A stretch of 62,979 nucleotides of DNA from the NCBI GenBank assembly GCA_902796345.1, contig CADBOF010000011.1, forward strand, positions 1-62,979. The letters run 5' to 3'. Below the pieces are notes generated by a model that did not search any database, had not been told where the DNA came from, and worked only from the letters and a program-made list of their open reading frames with translations. Origin of the DNA: an uncultured Pseudomonadota bacterium. GTDB lineage: Bacteria; Pseudomonadota; Alphaproteobacteria; RUG11792. The translations under genes and the position numbers were made by a program. Numbering within the stretch: the stretch's first letter is position 1; every line of letters starts with the position of its first letter. Shown piece after piece: positions 1 through 9,874 of this stretch.

Positions 1-2
1 AA

Positions 3-1685
3 AAAGAAATTTTAATTAACTCTGAAAGAGATGAAAAAGAACAAAACACTTCCAATAATCAAAACAACTCCAATGAAAACAGTAATACCAACGAAATTAA
101 AGAAGAAAACGTCAATGAAATTAAAGAAGAAAAAGAAGATAATAAAGAAAATAATGAAGAAGAAATTAAAGAAAACAATGATGAAAAATTTAAAGAAGAA
201 AACATCAACGAAATTAAAGAGAAAATAAGGATGAAGAAATTAAGAAAGAAAAAAAAAGATAAAACAGTAGCAGAAAAAATTTACACCATAGTTGAAAACG
301 CTGAAAAGCAATGCCTTAGATCTGTCAGGAATATCGAAATTATAAAACATAGTAAATTTGCAATTTTAAATTGTGTAAAAAATGAAGATATATACAATAA
401 TTCATTTAAATGTTGTAAATACGACAAAATTGTAAAATCTTTTAATAAAGACATTCGTTTTAATAAACTTTTAACGGAGATTTTGAAACTTAGCGGTTTA
501 GACCCAGAAAATTTGAAAAAGTTTAATAATGATTTAGCACAAGAAGCTCCTGACGAGACTCGTAAAAAGATGCTATGCGTAGATGCGTACCAAACACTCT
601 TAAGACAATTCATTCTAATTCGTAATTTTGAGCTCCAAAAAGATGATAAAATAAAAATATTGGAAGATTTTCTTTCTTGTTTTGAAAAAGTCTATCCACC
701 TGTCGTGAGTAGCTCTAACTATGTATATGGATTTAATTATGTAGTAAACGATTTTTACAGGATAACAAGTATATTTCAAGCACGGGGAGGCACAAATTAT
801 ATGCCTGAAACAAAAGAATACATTAATAAAATCCTTTTGTACACGAAAGAAACTAACATCAAGTTAGACTTTTACGACTGGTTCGACCTTTTGACAAAAT
901 TAAAAGGGAAGTGGGGATTTAAACAATTTAATCTCAAAGAATTTTATGAATGTGCAGACTGTTTTGTTCAAAATGCACAAAGATTTAATAGTTTAGAAAG
1001 TATTAAAAGTTACACAACTATACAAGAAAAACAATACTACGGTTTAGAATACATTATTGATTACATTATTGATATGTGTAACAAGTGTATAAAAATAAGA
1101 AATGACTGGTATGAGAAAGAAGACATTTTGAAAACATTTAATAATATATCTCGAATGGTTCTTTTTCTTTTTAAAGACAAAGATGCTATTAGATTTATCG
1201 ATTTTGATAAGCTATACAAAGTCGTTTGCTCACGATTTGATGAAAGATGCAAATCCGATTATTATCACGATTATTATCATGAGGATTCGCCTTCTCCTAC
1301 TATAGAAAAAAAAGATATTGGATGCAAAAAAAATGAGCTGTTAAGCGAATATTCTTGTTTAAACCCCGGTTTAGACTTCGATGACGAGTTCAATTCCAGT
1401 TGTTGTATTACAATAGACTTATCACAACTCCGCAGAGACTATAAATTTAAAGGGTGGTCTTTTCCAGAGTTCTTGCATGACATTTTTAGAATAGAAAGAT
1501 TTTTGAAAAAAGTTGACTACAAAGCTTTCGCCGAATGCTTGCACAATATTTTTAAAAAGTCAAACTTTGAATATGCAGAAGATTTTTTGAAGAAACTAGA
1601 AATAACGTCTGAAGGAAATAAAGATCTTAATATAGTCGAGTGTATGACAAAAGTTGCAGAGTCCTTTCCCCAAGTCACAAAATAA
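3..1685 (+). CDS. Hypothetical protein, possibly 5'-truncated by the window edge (minimum version 231..1685). It has an E/K/N-rich repeat region followed by a non-repetitive domain of about 480 aa with no motif I recognise.
   Basis: The frame of the 231..1685 ORF stays open back to nt 3 (KEILINSERDEKEQN...NEIKEENVNEIKEEKED...). Codons there are GAA/AAA/AAT/AAC with G or A at position 1. No convincing RBS precedes ATG 231. The region is T-poor, so open frames arise easily and the extension is uncertain. Confidence 0.5.
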   Translation, partial: KEILINSERDEKEQNTSNNQNNSNENSNTNEIKEENVNEIKEEKEDNKENNEEEIKENNDEKFKEENINEIKEKIRMKKLRKKKKDKTVAEKIYTIVENAEKQCLRSVRNIEIIKHSKFAILNCVKNEDIYNNSFKCCKYDKIVKSFNKDIRFNKLLTEILKLSGLDPENLKKFNNDLAQEAPDETRKKMLCVDAYQTLLRQFILIRNFELQKDDKIKILEDFLSCFEKVYPPVVSSSNYVYGFNYVVNDFYRITSIFQARGGTNYMPETKEYINKILLYTKETNIKLDFYDWFDLLTKLKGKWGFKQFNLKEFYECADCFVQNAQRFNSLESIKSYTTIQEKQYYGLEYIIDYIIDMCNKCIKIRNDWYEKEDILKTFNNISRMVLFLFKDKDAIRFIDFDKLYKVVCSRFDERCKSDYYHDYYHEDSPSPTIEKKDIGCKKNELLSEYSCLNPGLDFDDEFNSSCCITIDLSQLRRDYKFKGWSFPEFLHDIFRIERFLKKVDYKAFAECLHNIFKKSNFEYAEDFLKKLEITSEGNKDLNIVECMTKVAESFPQVTK

Positions 1686-1712
1686 GTTTTTACACAAAAC
1701 TACAAACATAAG

Positions 1713-1753
1713 ATAACAAGCGTTCTTAAAAAGAGCGCCTGTTATTAGTTTTT
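1713..1753 (+). terminator. Intrinsic terminator-like hairpin plus T-tract downstream of the 1685 ORF, between convergent genes
   Basis: ATAACAAGCGTTC / GAGCGCCTGTTAT forms a 13-bp stem with one mismatch and one G-U, with loop TTAAAAA. It is followed by TAGTTTTTA. Confidence 0.6.
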
Positions 1754-1794
1754 ATACATGTAAAAATTGTAAATCACTAATGAATTACAACTCT

Positions 1795-2145
1795 TTATGA
1801 AAATAGGGTTTTTGGTATAGAGCTTAGCTCGTTTTTTAAAAAATCTTGCACTTCTCGCGGTATGTTATTAACAGTATACTTTGATAAAAGTATTTTTTTA
1901 TGGCGAGATTTTTGACCGGATATAATTTTAACGCGAGACTTTGGTAAATCAAATTTTTCAGAAATAAATTTAACTAAATCAATGTTAGCTCTGTTTTCAA
2001 TAGGTTTGCCATGAACTGCTATTTTAATACTTAGTAAATTAACGTTGTTATGATACAATCCATTTATACATGTTATTGATGCACCCGGTGTGAGATATAC
2101 GTAAAACAAAAGCCCATCGGAGCATTCTGTAAAAACCCTATACAA
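1795..2145 (-). CDS. DUF167 / YggU-family small protein
   Basis: 116 aa. Pattern ...YLTPGAS...IAVHGKPIENRANIDLVKFISEKFDLPKSRVKIISGQKSRHKKI matches the YggU/UPF0235 signature (P-x-E-G-x-AN ... G-x-x-S-R-x-K). Confidence 0.7.
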   Translation of the reverse strand: MYRVFTECSDGLLFYVYLTPGASITCINGLYHNNVNLLSIKIAVHGKPIENRANIDLVKFISEKFDLPKSRVKIISGQKSRHKKILLSKYTVNNIPREVQDFLKNELSSIPKTLFS

Positions 2146-2220
2146 TATAAATTTATTTCATTGCTTGTTCTGATGTTAATTTTACTACATACGTAACGTG
2201 TACCTTCGTGGTTCTCTCCG

Positions 2221-4581
2221 TTACTCACTCTGCGGTTCACTTTGTTGATCACTATTTAACACTTGTTTAACTTTATTACACAGCTCACGAAGAGTAAACG
2301 GCTTCTGCATAAAATGAATATTCAAATCTTTGTCTAAATCTTGCCTGAACGAATCTTCCGTATATCCAGAGATGAATATTGTCTTAAATTGCGATTTTGT
2401 TTCATGAAGCTTTTTATTTAGGGTTGGTCCATCAATTTTTGGCATTATAACATCCGTAATTAACAACTCAAAGTTGGTATTTTGAGCTTGTTCGAGTGCT
2501 TCAGTACCATTTGACGCCTCAATAATGTTATAACCTTTATCACGTAACGCACGTGCAACAAATTTACGCACAGCTTCTTCATCTTCTACAAGAAGTATCG
2601 TTTCATTACCGCTTAAATCTTTAAATTCTATTTTGCGATCGGATTGAACTGTTTTTGAATCACCTTTATATCGTGGTATATAAATTTGAAATGTAGTTCC
2701 TTTGCCAATTTCTGAATCAACTATTATATGTCCACCCATTTGCTTTACTATGCCATATACAGTGGAAAGACCAAGCCCAGTTCCGGAACCTGTACCGCTT
2801 TTGACGTCCGCAATCTTCCGTGTAAAAAACGGTTCAAATATATGTTTTATCGTTTCTTTGTCCATGCCACAACCGGTATCAATTACTTCCAATACAACAT
2901 AATCGCCTGCGGGAGCTACGTCATCAAAGCATTTAAAATTTCTATCAGAATAATAATTACGTGTTTGAATTGTAAGAACTCCAGTACCATGCATTGCGTC
3001 ACGTGCATTTGTTGATAAATTCATTACAACTTGCTCAAACTGACTATTATCTATCTTTACAGCCCACAGATCTTTCCCATGATTTATCCGAAGATCTATA
3101 TTTATGCCAATTAAACGTTTTATTAGTAACGATACATCCATTAATGTCTCGGTAATAGACACGACTTGAAGCGTTAACGTCTGTTGACGCGAAAACGCAA
3201 GTAGCTGTTTTACGAGAGTTGCGGCTCTACTTGCGTTTAGTTTTATTTGAACAATGTCATTATATGACGGATCATCAGGTGTGCATCTATGTAAACTTAG
3301 GTCACAAAAACCTATCATTGCAGTCAACAAATTATTGAAATCGTGAGCAATGCCACTTGCAAGTTGACCTATAGCTTGAGTTTTTTGCGATTGTATCGAT
3401 TGCTGTTCAATTAGCTGTTGATTTGGTAATTCAACGAATTGTAATAACATCTGTTGAGAACCACGTAAATGTGTGTGAAAAATTTGAACTTGCTTATCAT
3501 TTCCTGCACAACAATTGAATGTAGTATTACTAAGCGGATTTTGCAAAGTTAAAAACTGACTTAACGATTTTGTTTTATCGTACTCATTAAAATACAGCTT
3601 TATGTTATTACGTAATTCTATTGATTTGTTATTGTTAACAAACTTTATAAATGCTGGATTTTTTGATTTTATAATTCCGTCATCATTTACAATAACAGTC
3701 GGAATTGAGGAAATTGCAAAAACATCCGCTGATTTATCAGAAACTTTTTTTTGTTCACTTGAAACATCTGATATTTTTAAAGCAAGCAATGGTTGAGTAG
3801 AAGAAAAAGATATTAAAGGAGGTTTTATAAGAAATATTGGAGTATCTGAAAAACTTTTTGATTTAAGATTAACGCGTAACGGCTCATTATATACTTTGCT
3901 CATTTCGAAGCTATCTATATATTCAGTAATGTGTGATCCTATTACTTTGTCTTTGCTCATTTTCAAATAACCCGAGAAAGTTATATTACAACCCAAAATT
4001 TTCCCATGTTTATCTATATAGAAAATACCTATAGGAAGATTATCTATAAACGCCTCAAGTTTTTTATAGCTTCTTTGTATTTCCTCAGCATGAGAATAAT
4101 ATTGAGTAATTTCAGAAAGTATAACTACAGTAATAGCGCCACCTGTAAATGATTTATTTTTATCAAATGAATACACAGATGCCATAACATTTTTTGGTTC
4201 CTTAGTGCGACCACTTAATAGCACCTGACAATTACAACTTACATCAATAGCTTTTAACAACGTTTTAAGCTCTAGGTTTACGGCGAGTTCGGAACGTAGT
4301 CTTTCTATAAAATCATCTTGACTCTTGTATATTGACGGATGAGTGGAATAAACAATATCATAGTCCTCATTAAAAGCGATGACTATATTGTTCTTTGAAA
4401 TAGCGAACGAAACAGAACGAACTATATCTAAATAGTAATTAATTGATTTATATTTTTTACGATAAAATATACATAAAAATATTGCAATGACAAGACCAAT
4501 CGTAGAACACAAACTTAAGATGGCAAATGAATCAACTGACAGGAGGTTTTTAACGTCCGTGTACAGGCTAGATAATGCCAT
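2221..4581 (-). CDS. cckA: Hybrid sensor histidine kinase/response regulator (TM + PAS-like + HisKA + HATPase + C-terminal receiver), CckA-like
   Basis: H-box IGQLASGIAHDFNNLLTAMIGF. N/G boxes NLSTNARDAM, DTGCGMD, GTGLGLS. Receiver ILLVEDEEAVR...DVIMPKIDG...KPF. The domain order and H-box resemble alphaproteobacterial CckA. The hybrid-kinase call is near certain. The CckA orthology is moderate. Confidence 0.6.
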   Translation of the reverse strand: MALSSLYTDVKNLLSVDSFAILSLCSTIGLVIAIFLCIFYRKKYKSINYYLDIVRSVSFAISKNNIVIAFNEDYDIVYSTHPSIYKSQDDFIERLRSELAVNLELKTLLKAIDVSCNCQVLLSGRTKEPKNVMASVYSFDKNKSFTGGAITVVILSEITQYYSHAEEIQRSYKKLEAFIDNLPIGIFYIDKHGKILGCNITFSGYLKMSKDKVIGSHITEYIDSFEMSKVYNEPLRVNLKSKSFSDTPIFLIKPPLISFSSTQPLLALKISDVSSEQKKVSDKSADVFAISSIPTVIVNDDGIIKSKNPAFIKFVNNNKSIELRNNIKLYFNEYDKTKSLSQFLTLQNPLSNTTFNCCAGNDKQVQIFHTHLRGSQQMLLQFVELPNQQLIEQQSIQSQKTQAIGQLASGIAHDFNNLLTAMIGFCDLSLHRCTPDDPSYNDIVQIKLNASRAATLVKQLLAFSRQQTLTLQVVSITETLMDVSLLIKRLIGINIDLRINHGKDLWAVKIDNSQFEQVVMNLSTNARDAMHGTGVLTIQTRNYYSDRNFKCFDDVAPAGDYVVLEVIDTGCGMDKETIKHIFEPFFTRKIADVKSGTGSGTGLGLSTVYGIVKQMGGHIIVDSEIGKGTTFQIYIPRYKGDSKTVQSDRKIEFKDLSGNETILLVEDEEAVRKFVARALRDKGYNIIEASNGTEALEQAQNTNFELLITDVIMPKIDGPTLNKKLHETKSQFKTIFISGYTEDSFRQDLDKDLNIHFMQKPFTLRELCNKVKQVLNSDQQSEPQSE

Positions 4582-4642
4582 AATTATTAGTTAATTATTT
4601 ACTCCATATATTATATAGTAACATGCAAATCGTTAATTTTTG

Positions 4643-6628
4643 TTATGTCGAATTATGTTTTAAAATATGACTAACAAAATCTGTTTGGCGTTCGCAGCCA
4701 AATTTTTCATTATAATAAAACATATTTCTAAAAACGTGTTTAATATATAAACGAGTTTCTTTTATTGGGATAAGTTCTATTGTTTCAAGTATTGATAAAT
4801 CGTTTAAATTTTGTATACTTTTTCTGTATTTTGATAAATTACCTTCTCCGGCATTATATGCATAAAGAACGTATACAAAATTATTATTATATTTGTTAAT
4901 AAGGCGGTTTAATAGGTTTGACCCAAGTAATAAATTGTCATAAGCATTGTACAGCTTACGTTTTTTGTACTGAATTCCAATTAATTTAGCTTCTGCTTCT
5001 GCTGTTTTAGGCATTAGTTGCATCAAACCTATCGCTCCAGTTGAACTTTTAGCACGACGTTTAAAATTACTTTCTTGCTTAATAAGAGAATGTACCGCAC
5101 TTATAAAACAATTGTTTGAATTTACATTCCTAACTGGAATTAATTTGTTGTCATCAAGCTCTTTGTATTCAATATTTGTTATATAATGTTGTTTATCGTA
5201 AAACTTATCAATTAATGTGTTGATTTCATTATTTGATTTGGCTAATTCAATTAATAGAACTTCTTCATATGGATCTTCTATATCATCAATTAATGTATTG
5301 TAAAAATATTTACGATATTTCTCATTACTTTCATTATTTTTTGTTTCAATCAAGACTTGCACGAGTTCCCGATTATAAAATTTTTTTGCTAATGCAGACG
5401 AAGTATCGTTTACCGAACCTCGTTCTAGAGATATGCCGTTAACTGACACATATGTGTCAGAAATCTGTTTTATGCGAATATCTGCTAAATAACCGTAAAA
5501 TGTTGAAAAATATTCAGATGCTTTTCTATACCATTCCATAGCTGCCATTACATCTTGCTGTTCTCTACGCATTTCTGCAAGCCAGAATGCATTTTTACTT
5601 TTTCTAATACTTGCTGTTGAATATTTGTGCGCATTTTCAAAATGCGTCTGTGCTTGGGTGAATTTTTTTAAAAATCTATACGAAATATAACCGAGTAACC
5701 ATTCAATACGGGCTTTATTTTCATCATCAATATTTTTTGGATATTTTTGTGCAACATTGTATGCAAGTTCTGGTTTCCCGGCTCGTAACATGTTATACGC
5801 AATATATCTGCGTTTTTCAAAATATTGTTTATAAACAAAAAAGCCATTCTCTCCATAATCAGTTATATTCATAATTCTTGCTACATCTAAATCTTCCCCT
5901 TTATTTATTAATTTTTCAATATATTTGTAACGTTCAGAAGCATCAAATAACATGCTATTATCAAAAATTATATCTTTATTTATTTCGTCTGTAATGTACT
6001 GTAGTACATCATTGTCTGATACGATATTTTTCATTGTTATCAATTGCTTCGTATCATTTTGAGATACTAAACGTTTTGCTCGTTGTGCATCTTCAACAAC
6101 ACTTATATAATTTCCATATTTTTCTTTGAATTGAATGACGTATTCTGGCTCAAGATTTTGAAATATGTATGTCTGTTTAATATATTTTTCTGCTGTTTTT
6201 CTATCTCTACGCAATAAAATATCAATATATGCTTCTATGCCTGCTTTTGTTGTTGGTGGATATCTTTTAAACCAAAGAATTAACATATCATCATTAATTG
6301 TTTGAGATTTAGCAATGTTTCGTTCTGCGTCTTTTACGGATTGTCTAAATAACGGCCAATGTGGATTATCGTAAAAAAAATCAAAAACTTTTTCAGTATC
6401 TGACATATTATTAATTACTTCTTTCCATTTGTTATATTTTTCGTTTATTGATGTGTAAGTTTTTAAATTTTGATTGTTGGTAACGTTTTTGGCGTTTTTA
6501 CTGTAAAAATTTTCAACAATTTCATCACCGTATGCTGTTGTTTCAATCAAGAAAAGTGGAATACTATTCCAGACATAGCCGAACGTTGTACAACACGTTG
6601 CAAAAATAATAATTTTTTTAGAAATCAT
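4643..6628 (-). CDS. slt: Soluble lytic murein transglycosylase (Slt70 family)
   Basis: 661 aa with a signal/anchor N-terminus and a long helical superhelix-type region. C-terminal SLT domain motifs: ALIKQESNF, GAIGLMQLMPKTA, AYNAGEGN. Confidence 0.8.
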   Translation of the reverse strand: MISKKIIIFATCCTTFGYVWNSIPLFLIETTAYGDEIVENFYSKNAKNVTNNQNLKTYTSINEKYNKWKEVINNMSDTEKVFDFFYDNPHWPLFRQSVKDAERNIAKSQTINDDMLILWFKRYPPTTKAGIEAYIDILLRRDRKTAEKYIKQTYIFQNLEPEYVIQFKEKYGNYISVVEDAQRAKRLVSQNDTKQLITMKNIVSDNDVLQYITDEINKDIIFDNSMLFDASERYKYIEKLINKGEDLDVARIMNITDYGENGFFVYKQYFEKRRYIAYNMLRAGKPELAYNVAQKYPKNIDDENKARIEWLLGYISYRFLKKFTQAQTHFENAHKYSTASIRKSKNAFWLAEMRREQQDVMAAMEWYRKASEYFSTFYGYLADIRIKQISDTYVSVNGISLERGSVNDTSSALAKKFYNRELVQVLIETKNNESNEKYRKYFYNTLIDDIEDPYEEVLLIELAKSNNEINTLIDKFYDKQHYITNIEYKELDDNKLIPVRNVNSNNCFISAVHSLIKQESNFKRRAKSSTGAIGLMQLMPKTAEAEAKLIGIQYKKRKLYNAYDNLLLGSNLLNRLINKYNNNFVYVLYAYNAGEGNLSKYRKSIQNLNDLSILETIELIPIKETRLYIKHVFRNMFYYNEKFGCERQTDFVSHILKHNST

Positions 6629-7014
6629 GTAAATACTGTGGTTTTGTTTGTAATCAATTAAGCTTTTCTTAATTTAAAATATCATCACTTATTCATTAAT
6701 TTTTGATTAAATTTTTGCATTATTTTTACTATATATACAAAAACGCTAAACATGCATTAAACGATACATAATTATTTAATTTGTCGCTACAGCTAAAACA
6801 CGACCTCATATTTTGAATAGTTTCGACATTGTTTTTTAAAAAAAATTACTCTGCAATGTAACTAGAAGAATGTATAACAATCGATTTTACGACAGTAAGA
6901 ATTTTTATACGTTTAATATATTTTTTATTAAATCATTGTTTTAATTTTTATAAATGCTTTTCTACAAAATTAAACAACTCGTATATTGATAAAAATGCTT
7001 GTCGTTCTTTTTAT

Positions 7015-7500
7015 TTATTTAGTTTTCCATATAGCAAGGCTAATATTGACTAATTCTTCATTTCCGTCAGGAGTTACTATTGTTTGATTATCTTTTTTAA
7101 AAATTGCTTTAGGATTTCTACCGCCATTACGTAATACATTCAAAGATATTTGCTGAAAATCTGCCAAAACAACTCGTGTTGCAACTCCATCTAAATTTAT
7201 TATTGAACTCTGTGTTGCCTCTGCTGATGTAGGTAATGATAAAATATCACTTTTACTATTTTTAGTAGTATCTGTGTTTTTATATACTTCGTTATTAGAC
7301 AATTTTGGAAAATTAATAAGATCTTCTACAATAATGCCAACTGAATTATCTTCATCTTTTACCAAAACTGGCTGACCTTCCAGCATTTGTTCCGCAACAG
7401 ACATTGTAATATCAGACTGCTCTTTTATTACAGTCGAAGCTTGACCTTTTAAAGAAAATGAAACAAACAATAAAAGAACTAAAACAATTACTTTTTTCAT
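7015..7500 (-). CDS. Hypothetical exported protein
   Basis: The internal Met (MKKVIVLVLLLFVSFSLKGQA) gives a classic signal peptide. The ORF-track start at 7524 adds 8 aa. No recognisable domain. Confidence 0.5.
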   Translation of the reverse strand: MKKVIVLVLLLFVSFSLKGQASTVIKEQSDITMSVAEQMLEGQPVLVKDEDNSVGIIVEDLINFPKLSNNEVYKNTDTTKNSKSDILSLPTSAEATQSSIINLDGVATRVVLADFQQISLNVLRNGGRNPKAIFKKDNQTIVTPDGNEELVNISLAIWKTK

Positions 7501-7573
7501 AAAGAGACTTACTAGTTGAACCAACTCAACTAGTATAACCCGCTAAGTGCAAAGAAACTGTTAAATTTATTAT

Positions 7574-8032
7574 TTATGGTAATATGCTATTTTCAGAATG
7601 AGGAGGTTGCGTAATTTTCCACTTAAAAAAGACGGGTTGATTTGTAAAAATTTTTTCAGTTGAATATATTGGATTGAAAGGAGATGTTGCTACTAATTCA
7701 ACGACTGTTTTCTTTTCAATCAAATTACGTAATTTCATCCTTAGTTCTGGCAATATAAACGGATTAAGTTTTTGATTGTGCCAAAAAAGCGTACTCTCAT
7801 CAACTGGACTTAAAGAGATTTTATTGCTTACCCATTTCTGCCTTTCTATAAGATATTTATATAAAGGCAAACGAAATTTTTCATTTTTAATGCAAAAAAA
7901 TTTGCCATTCAACTCCTCAAAAACCGATGAAGTGTTTCCCAAATCTGCTGAACTTGAATAACTCTGCATGGCGTTTACATTTATCGTTTCAACAAAAAAT
8001 AAAGTAAGGATAAAACGTACCTGTATTTTCAT
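7574..8032 (-). CDS. Hypothetical exported protein
   Basis: Start chosen at MKIQVRFILTLFFVETINVNA (signal-like), preceded by GAGGA. The ORF-track start is 8065. No recognisable domain. Confidence 0.45.
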   Translation of the reverse strand: MKIQVRFILTLFFVETINVNAMQSYSSSADLGNTSSVFEELNGKFFCIKNEKFRLPLYKYLIERQKWVSNKISLSPVDESTLFWHNQKLNPFILPELRMKLRNLIEKKTVVELVATSPFNPIYSTEKIFTNQPVFFKWKITQPPHSENSILP

Positions 8033-8095
8033 AAAGTCCTCGTTTTCAACATGCCACGATCTCAAATCTATGATATGTTAAGGCGTTCGTTGTAT

Positions 8096-9373
8096 TCATG
8101 AATTCATTGATTCAAAAAAGTCATCGTTTGTTTTTGAATGCTTCAATTTGTCTATCAAAAATTCTGTTGCTTCAACATTATTCATCTGACTTAAAATTTT
8201 CCGTAAAATCCATATTTTCGCAAGCTTTTGTTTGTCTTTTATTAACAAATCTTCTTTTCTAGTACCTGATTTATTTATATCAATCGCTGGAAATAAGCGT
8301 TTTTCGGCAATTTTCCTATCGAGAATGAGCTCGGCGTTTCCTGTTCCTTTAAATTCTTCAAATATGACGTCATCCATACGCGAACCAGTTTCTACTAAAG
8401 CTGTAGCAATTATTGTAAGAGAACCACCTTCTTCTATATTTCGAGCAGCTCCAAAAAAGCGTTTTGGTTTCTGCAATGCATTTGAATCTACGCCTCCCGT
8501 TAAAACCTTACCTGACGACGGAACTACGGTATTATACGCACGAGCCAACCGAGTTATAGAATCCAACAAAATTACAACATCTTTTCTGTGCTCAACAAGC
8601 CGTTTTGCTTTTTCGATCACCATTTCTGTTACTTGAACATGCCTTGTTGCAGGTTCATCAAAAGTTGAACTTATAACTTCTCCTTTTATAGAACGTGCCA
8701 TATCGGTAACCTCTTCTGGACGTTCATCTATTAGTAGAACCATAAGAAAAATGTTAGGGTAATTTTCTTCTATAGATTGAGCTATAGTTTTAAGCATTAC
8801 CGTTTTGCCAGTACGAGGAGGAGCGACTATTAAAGCACGTTGACCACGACCTATTGGTGTTACCAAATCTATAATCCGTGGTATTAGTCCTGTTCCTTTT
8901 GGTGAATCATCTTGTTCTAAGATAATTTGATCTTCTGTGTAAATTGGAGTTAGGTTGTCAAAATTCGTTCTACGCTTCAAGCCACTTGTTGTATCAAAGT
9001 TAACTTTCGTTATTTTGTTAACGGCAAAATATTTTTCATTGTCTTTAGGCGGTTTAATGCTACAACTTATTGTGTCGCCAGTTTTTAAACCCATTCCCTT
9101 TATAAGGGCATTTGAAACATATATATCGTTTGGACCGGGCAAATAATTTGATTCCGAAAATCGTAAAAAACCAAATCCGTCCTGTAAAACATCCAAAACC
9201 CCAGTCGTAGTTATAGTTATATTGTTTTCAGAAAGTTTTCGCAAAATTGCGTAAAGTAAATCTTGTTTCCTCATATTTTGAGGATTTTCAACTCCGTACT
9301 CTTCAGCACATTTAAGTAACGATTGCAAAGATTGCGCACTAAGCTCTTGCAAATTCATTGATGTCAAACTCAT
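8096..9373 (-). CDS. rho: Transcription termination factor Rho
   Basis: N-terminal RNA-binding region ([14 protein letters not shown]). Walker [33 protein letters not shown], and a C-terminal [10 protein letters not shown] motif. The start could also be the Met at 9358 (MNLQEL...). Confidence 0.95.
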   Translation of the reverse strand: MSLTSMNLQELSAQSLQSLLKCAEEYGVENPQNMRKQDLLYAILRKLSENNITITTTGVLDVLQDGFGFLRFSESNYLPGPNDIYVSNALIKGMGLKTGDTISCSIKPPKDNEKYFAVNKITKVNFDTTSGLKRRTNFDNLTPIYTEDQIILEQDDSPKGTGLIPRIIDLVTPIGRGQRALIVAPPRTGKTVMLKTIAQSIEENYPNIFLMVLLIDERPEEVTDMARSIKGEVISSTFDEPATRHVQVTEMVIEKAKRLVEHRKDVVILLDSITRLARAYNTVVPSSGKVLTGGVDSNALQKPKRFFGAARNIEEGGSLTIIATALVETGSRMDDVIFEEFKGTGNAELILDRKIAEKRLFPAIDINKSGTRKEDLLIKDKQKLAKIWILRKILSQMNNVEATEFLIDKLKHSKTNDDFFESMNS

Positions 9374-9579
9374 TCGATAGTAACCTTTTTTAAATAAAAT
9401 TTTTCGGATCTGTCAATGTCGGATTTCCTCGATGTTTAAACGAAATGTTGTCTGTGAAATACACGACGTTGTATCTGAACTGTCTTAATTATACCCAATT
9501 GCAAGATATTCGCAATTGATTTAGCTTACTTGAGCTTTGCGACAATATCACATAAAATTGAACCGTGGAGCATTAGAAT

Positions 9580-9611
9580 AACGTCTCTGGTTGCATTTAC
9601 AGACGTTTTTT
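9580..9611 (+). promoter_or_regulatory. Terminator-like hairpin plus T-run 20 nt upstream of the rpmE start codon (leader/attenuator, or the 3' end of a small RNA)
   Basis: AACGTCT (9580-9586) pairs with AGACGTT (9601-9607), with a 14-nt loop. The T-run 9606-9611 follows. The rpmE RBS AGGTGG comes next. Confidence 0.4.
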
Positions 9612-9631
9612 ATAGTTAAATAGGTGGCTAT

Positions 9632-9859
9632 ATGAAAAAAAACATTCATCCAAACTATCATGAAATAACAGTGAAATTGACGAACGGTCAGTCTTTTAAA
9701 ACTCGTTCTACATACGGCAAAGAAGGGGATACTGTTGCCTTAGACATTGATCCATTTTCTCATCCGGTTTGGACAGGAGAAGGGCAAAGACTAGTCGATA
9801 CCGCTGGTCAAATTGGTAAGTTTTCAAAACGTTACAAAGGTTTTTCTTCAAAGATTTAA
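9632..9859 (+). CDS. rpmE: 50S ribosomal protein L31
   Basis: 75 aa. [16 protein letters not shown]... and ...[12 protein letters not shown] are typical L31. It appears to lack the paired CxxC zinc motif. Confidence 0.9.
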   Translation: MKKNIHPNYHEITVKLTNGQSFKTRSTYGKEGDTVALDIDPFSHPVWTGEGQRLVDTAGQIGKFSKRYKGFSSKI

Positions 9860-9874
9860 TGTTTCCTGTGTTCT

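Noticed and set aside
31-228. 65-aa lysine-rich ORF (MKKNKTLPIIK...KKKKKIIKK)
   Set aside because: It is the alternative frame of A-rich, T-poor DNA that also reads open in the frame of the downstream 231..1685 gene. It has no RBS, and its composition is a frame artefact.
8232-8636. 134-aa plus-strand ORF inside rho. Similar antisense ORFs occur at 19554-19973 (in gyrA), 13163-13573 (in tamA-like), 36443-36928 (in pntB), 46524-47033 (in MFS), 60973-61473 (in pssA), 43746-44180 (in bioB) and 51398-51775 (in ffh).
   Set aside because: All lie entirely antisense to genes with unambiguous conserved motifs. These are shadow ORFs with no independent support.
9374-9631. Divergent rho | rpmE junction as a candidate replication origin, since genes to the left are on the minus strand and genes to the right on the plus strand for about 20 kb
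   Set aside because: There is no cluster of DnaA boxes (TTATCCACA-like) or obvious AT-rich unwinding repeats here. Gene orientation is mixed further along the window. Isolated 8/9 DnaA-box matches elsewhere (for example GTATCCACA at about 46241) are single copies.
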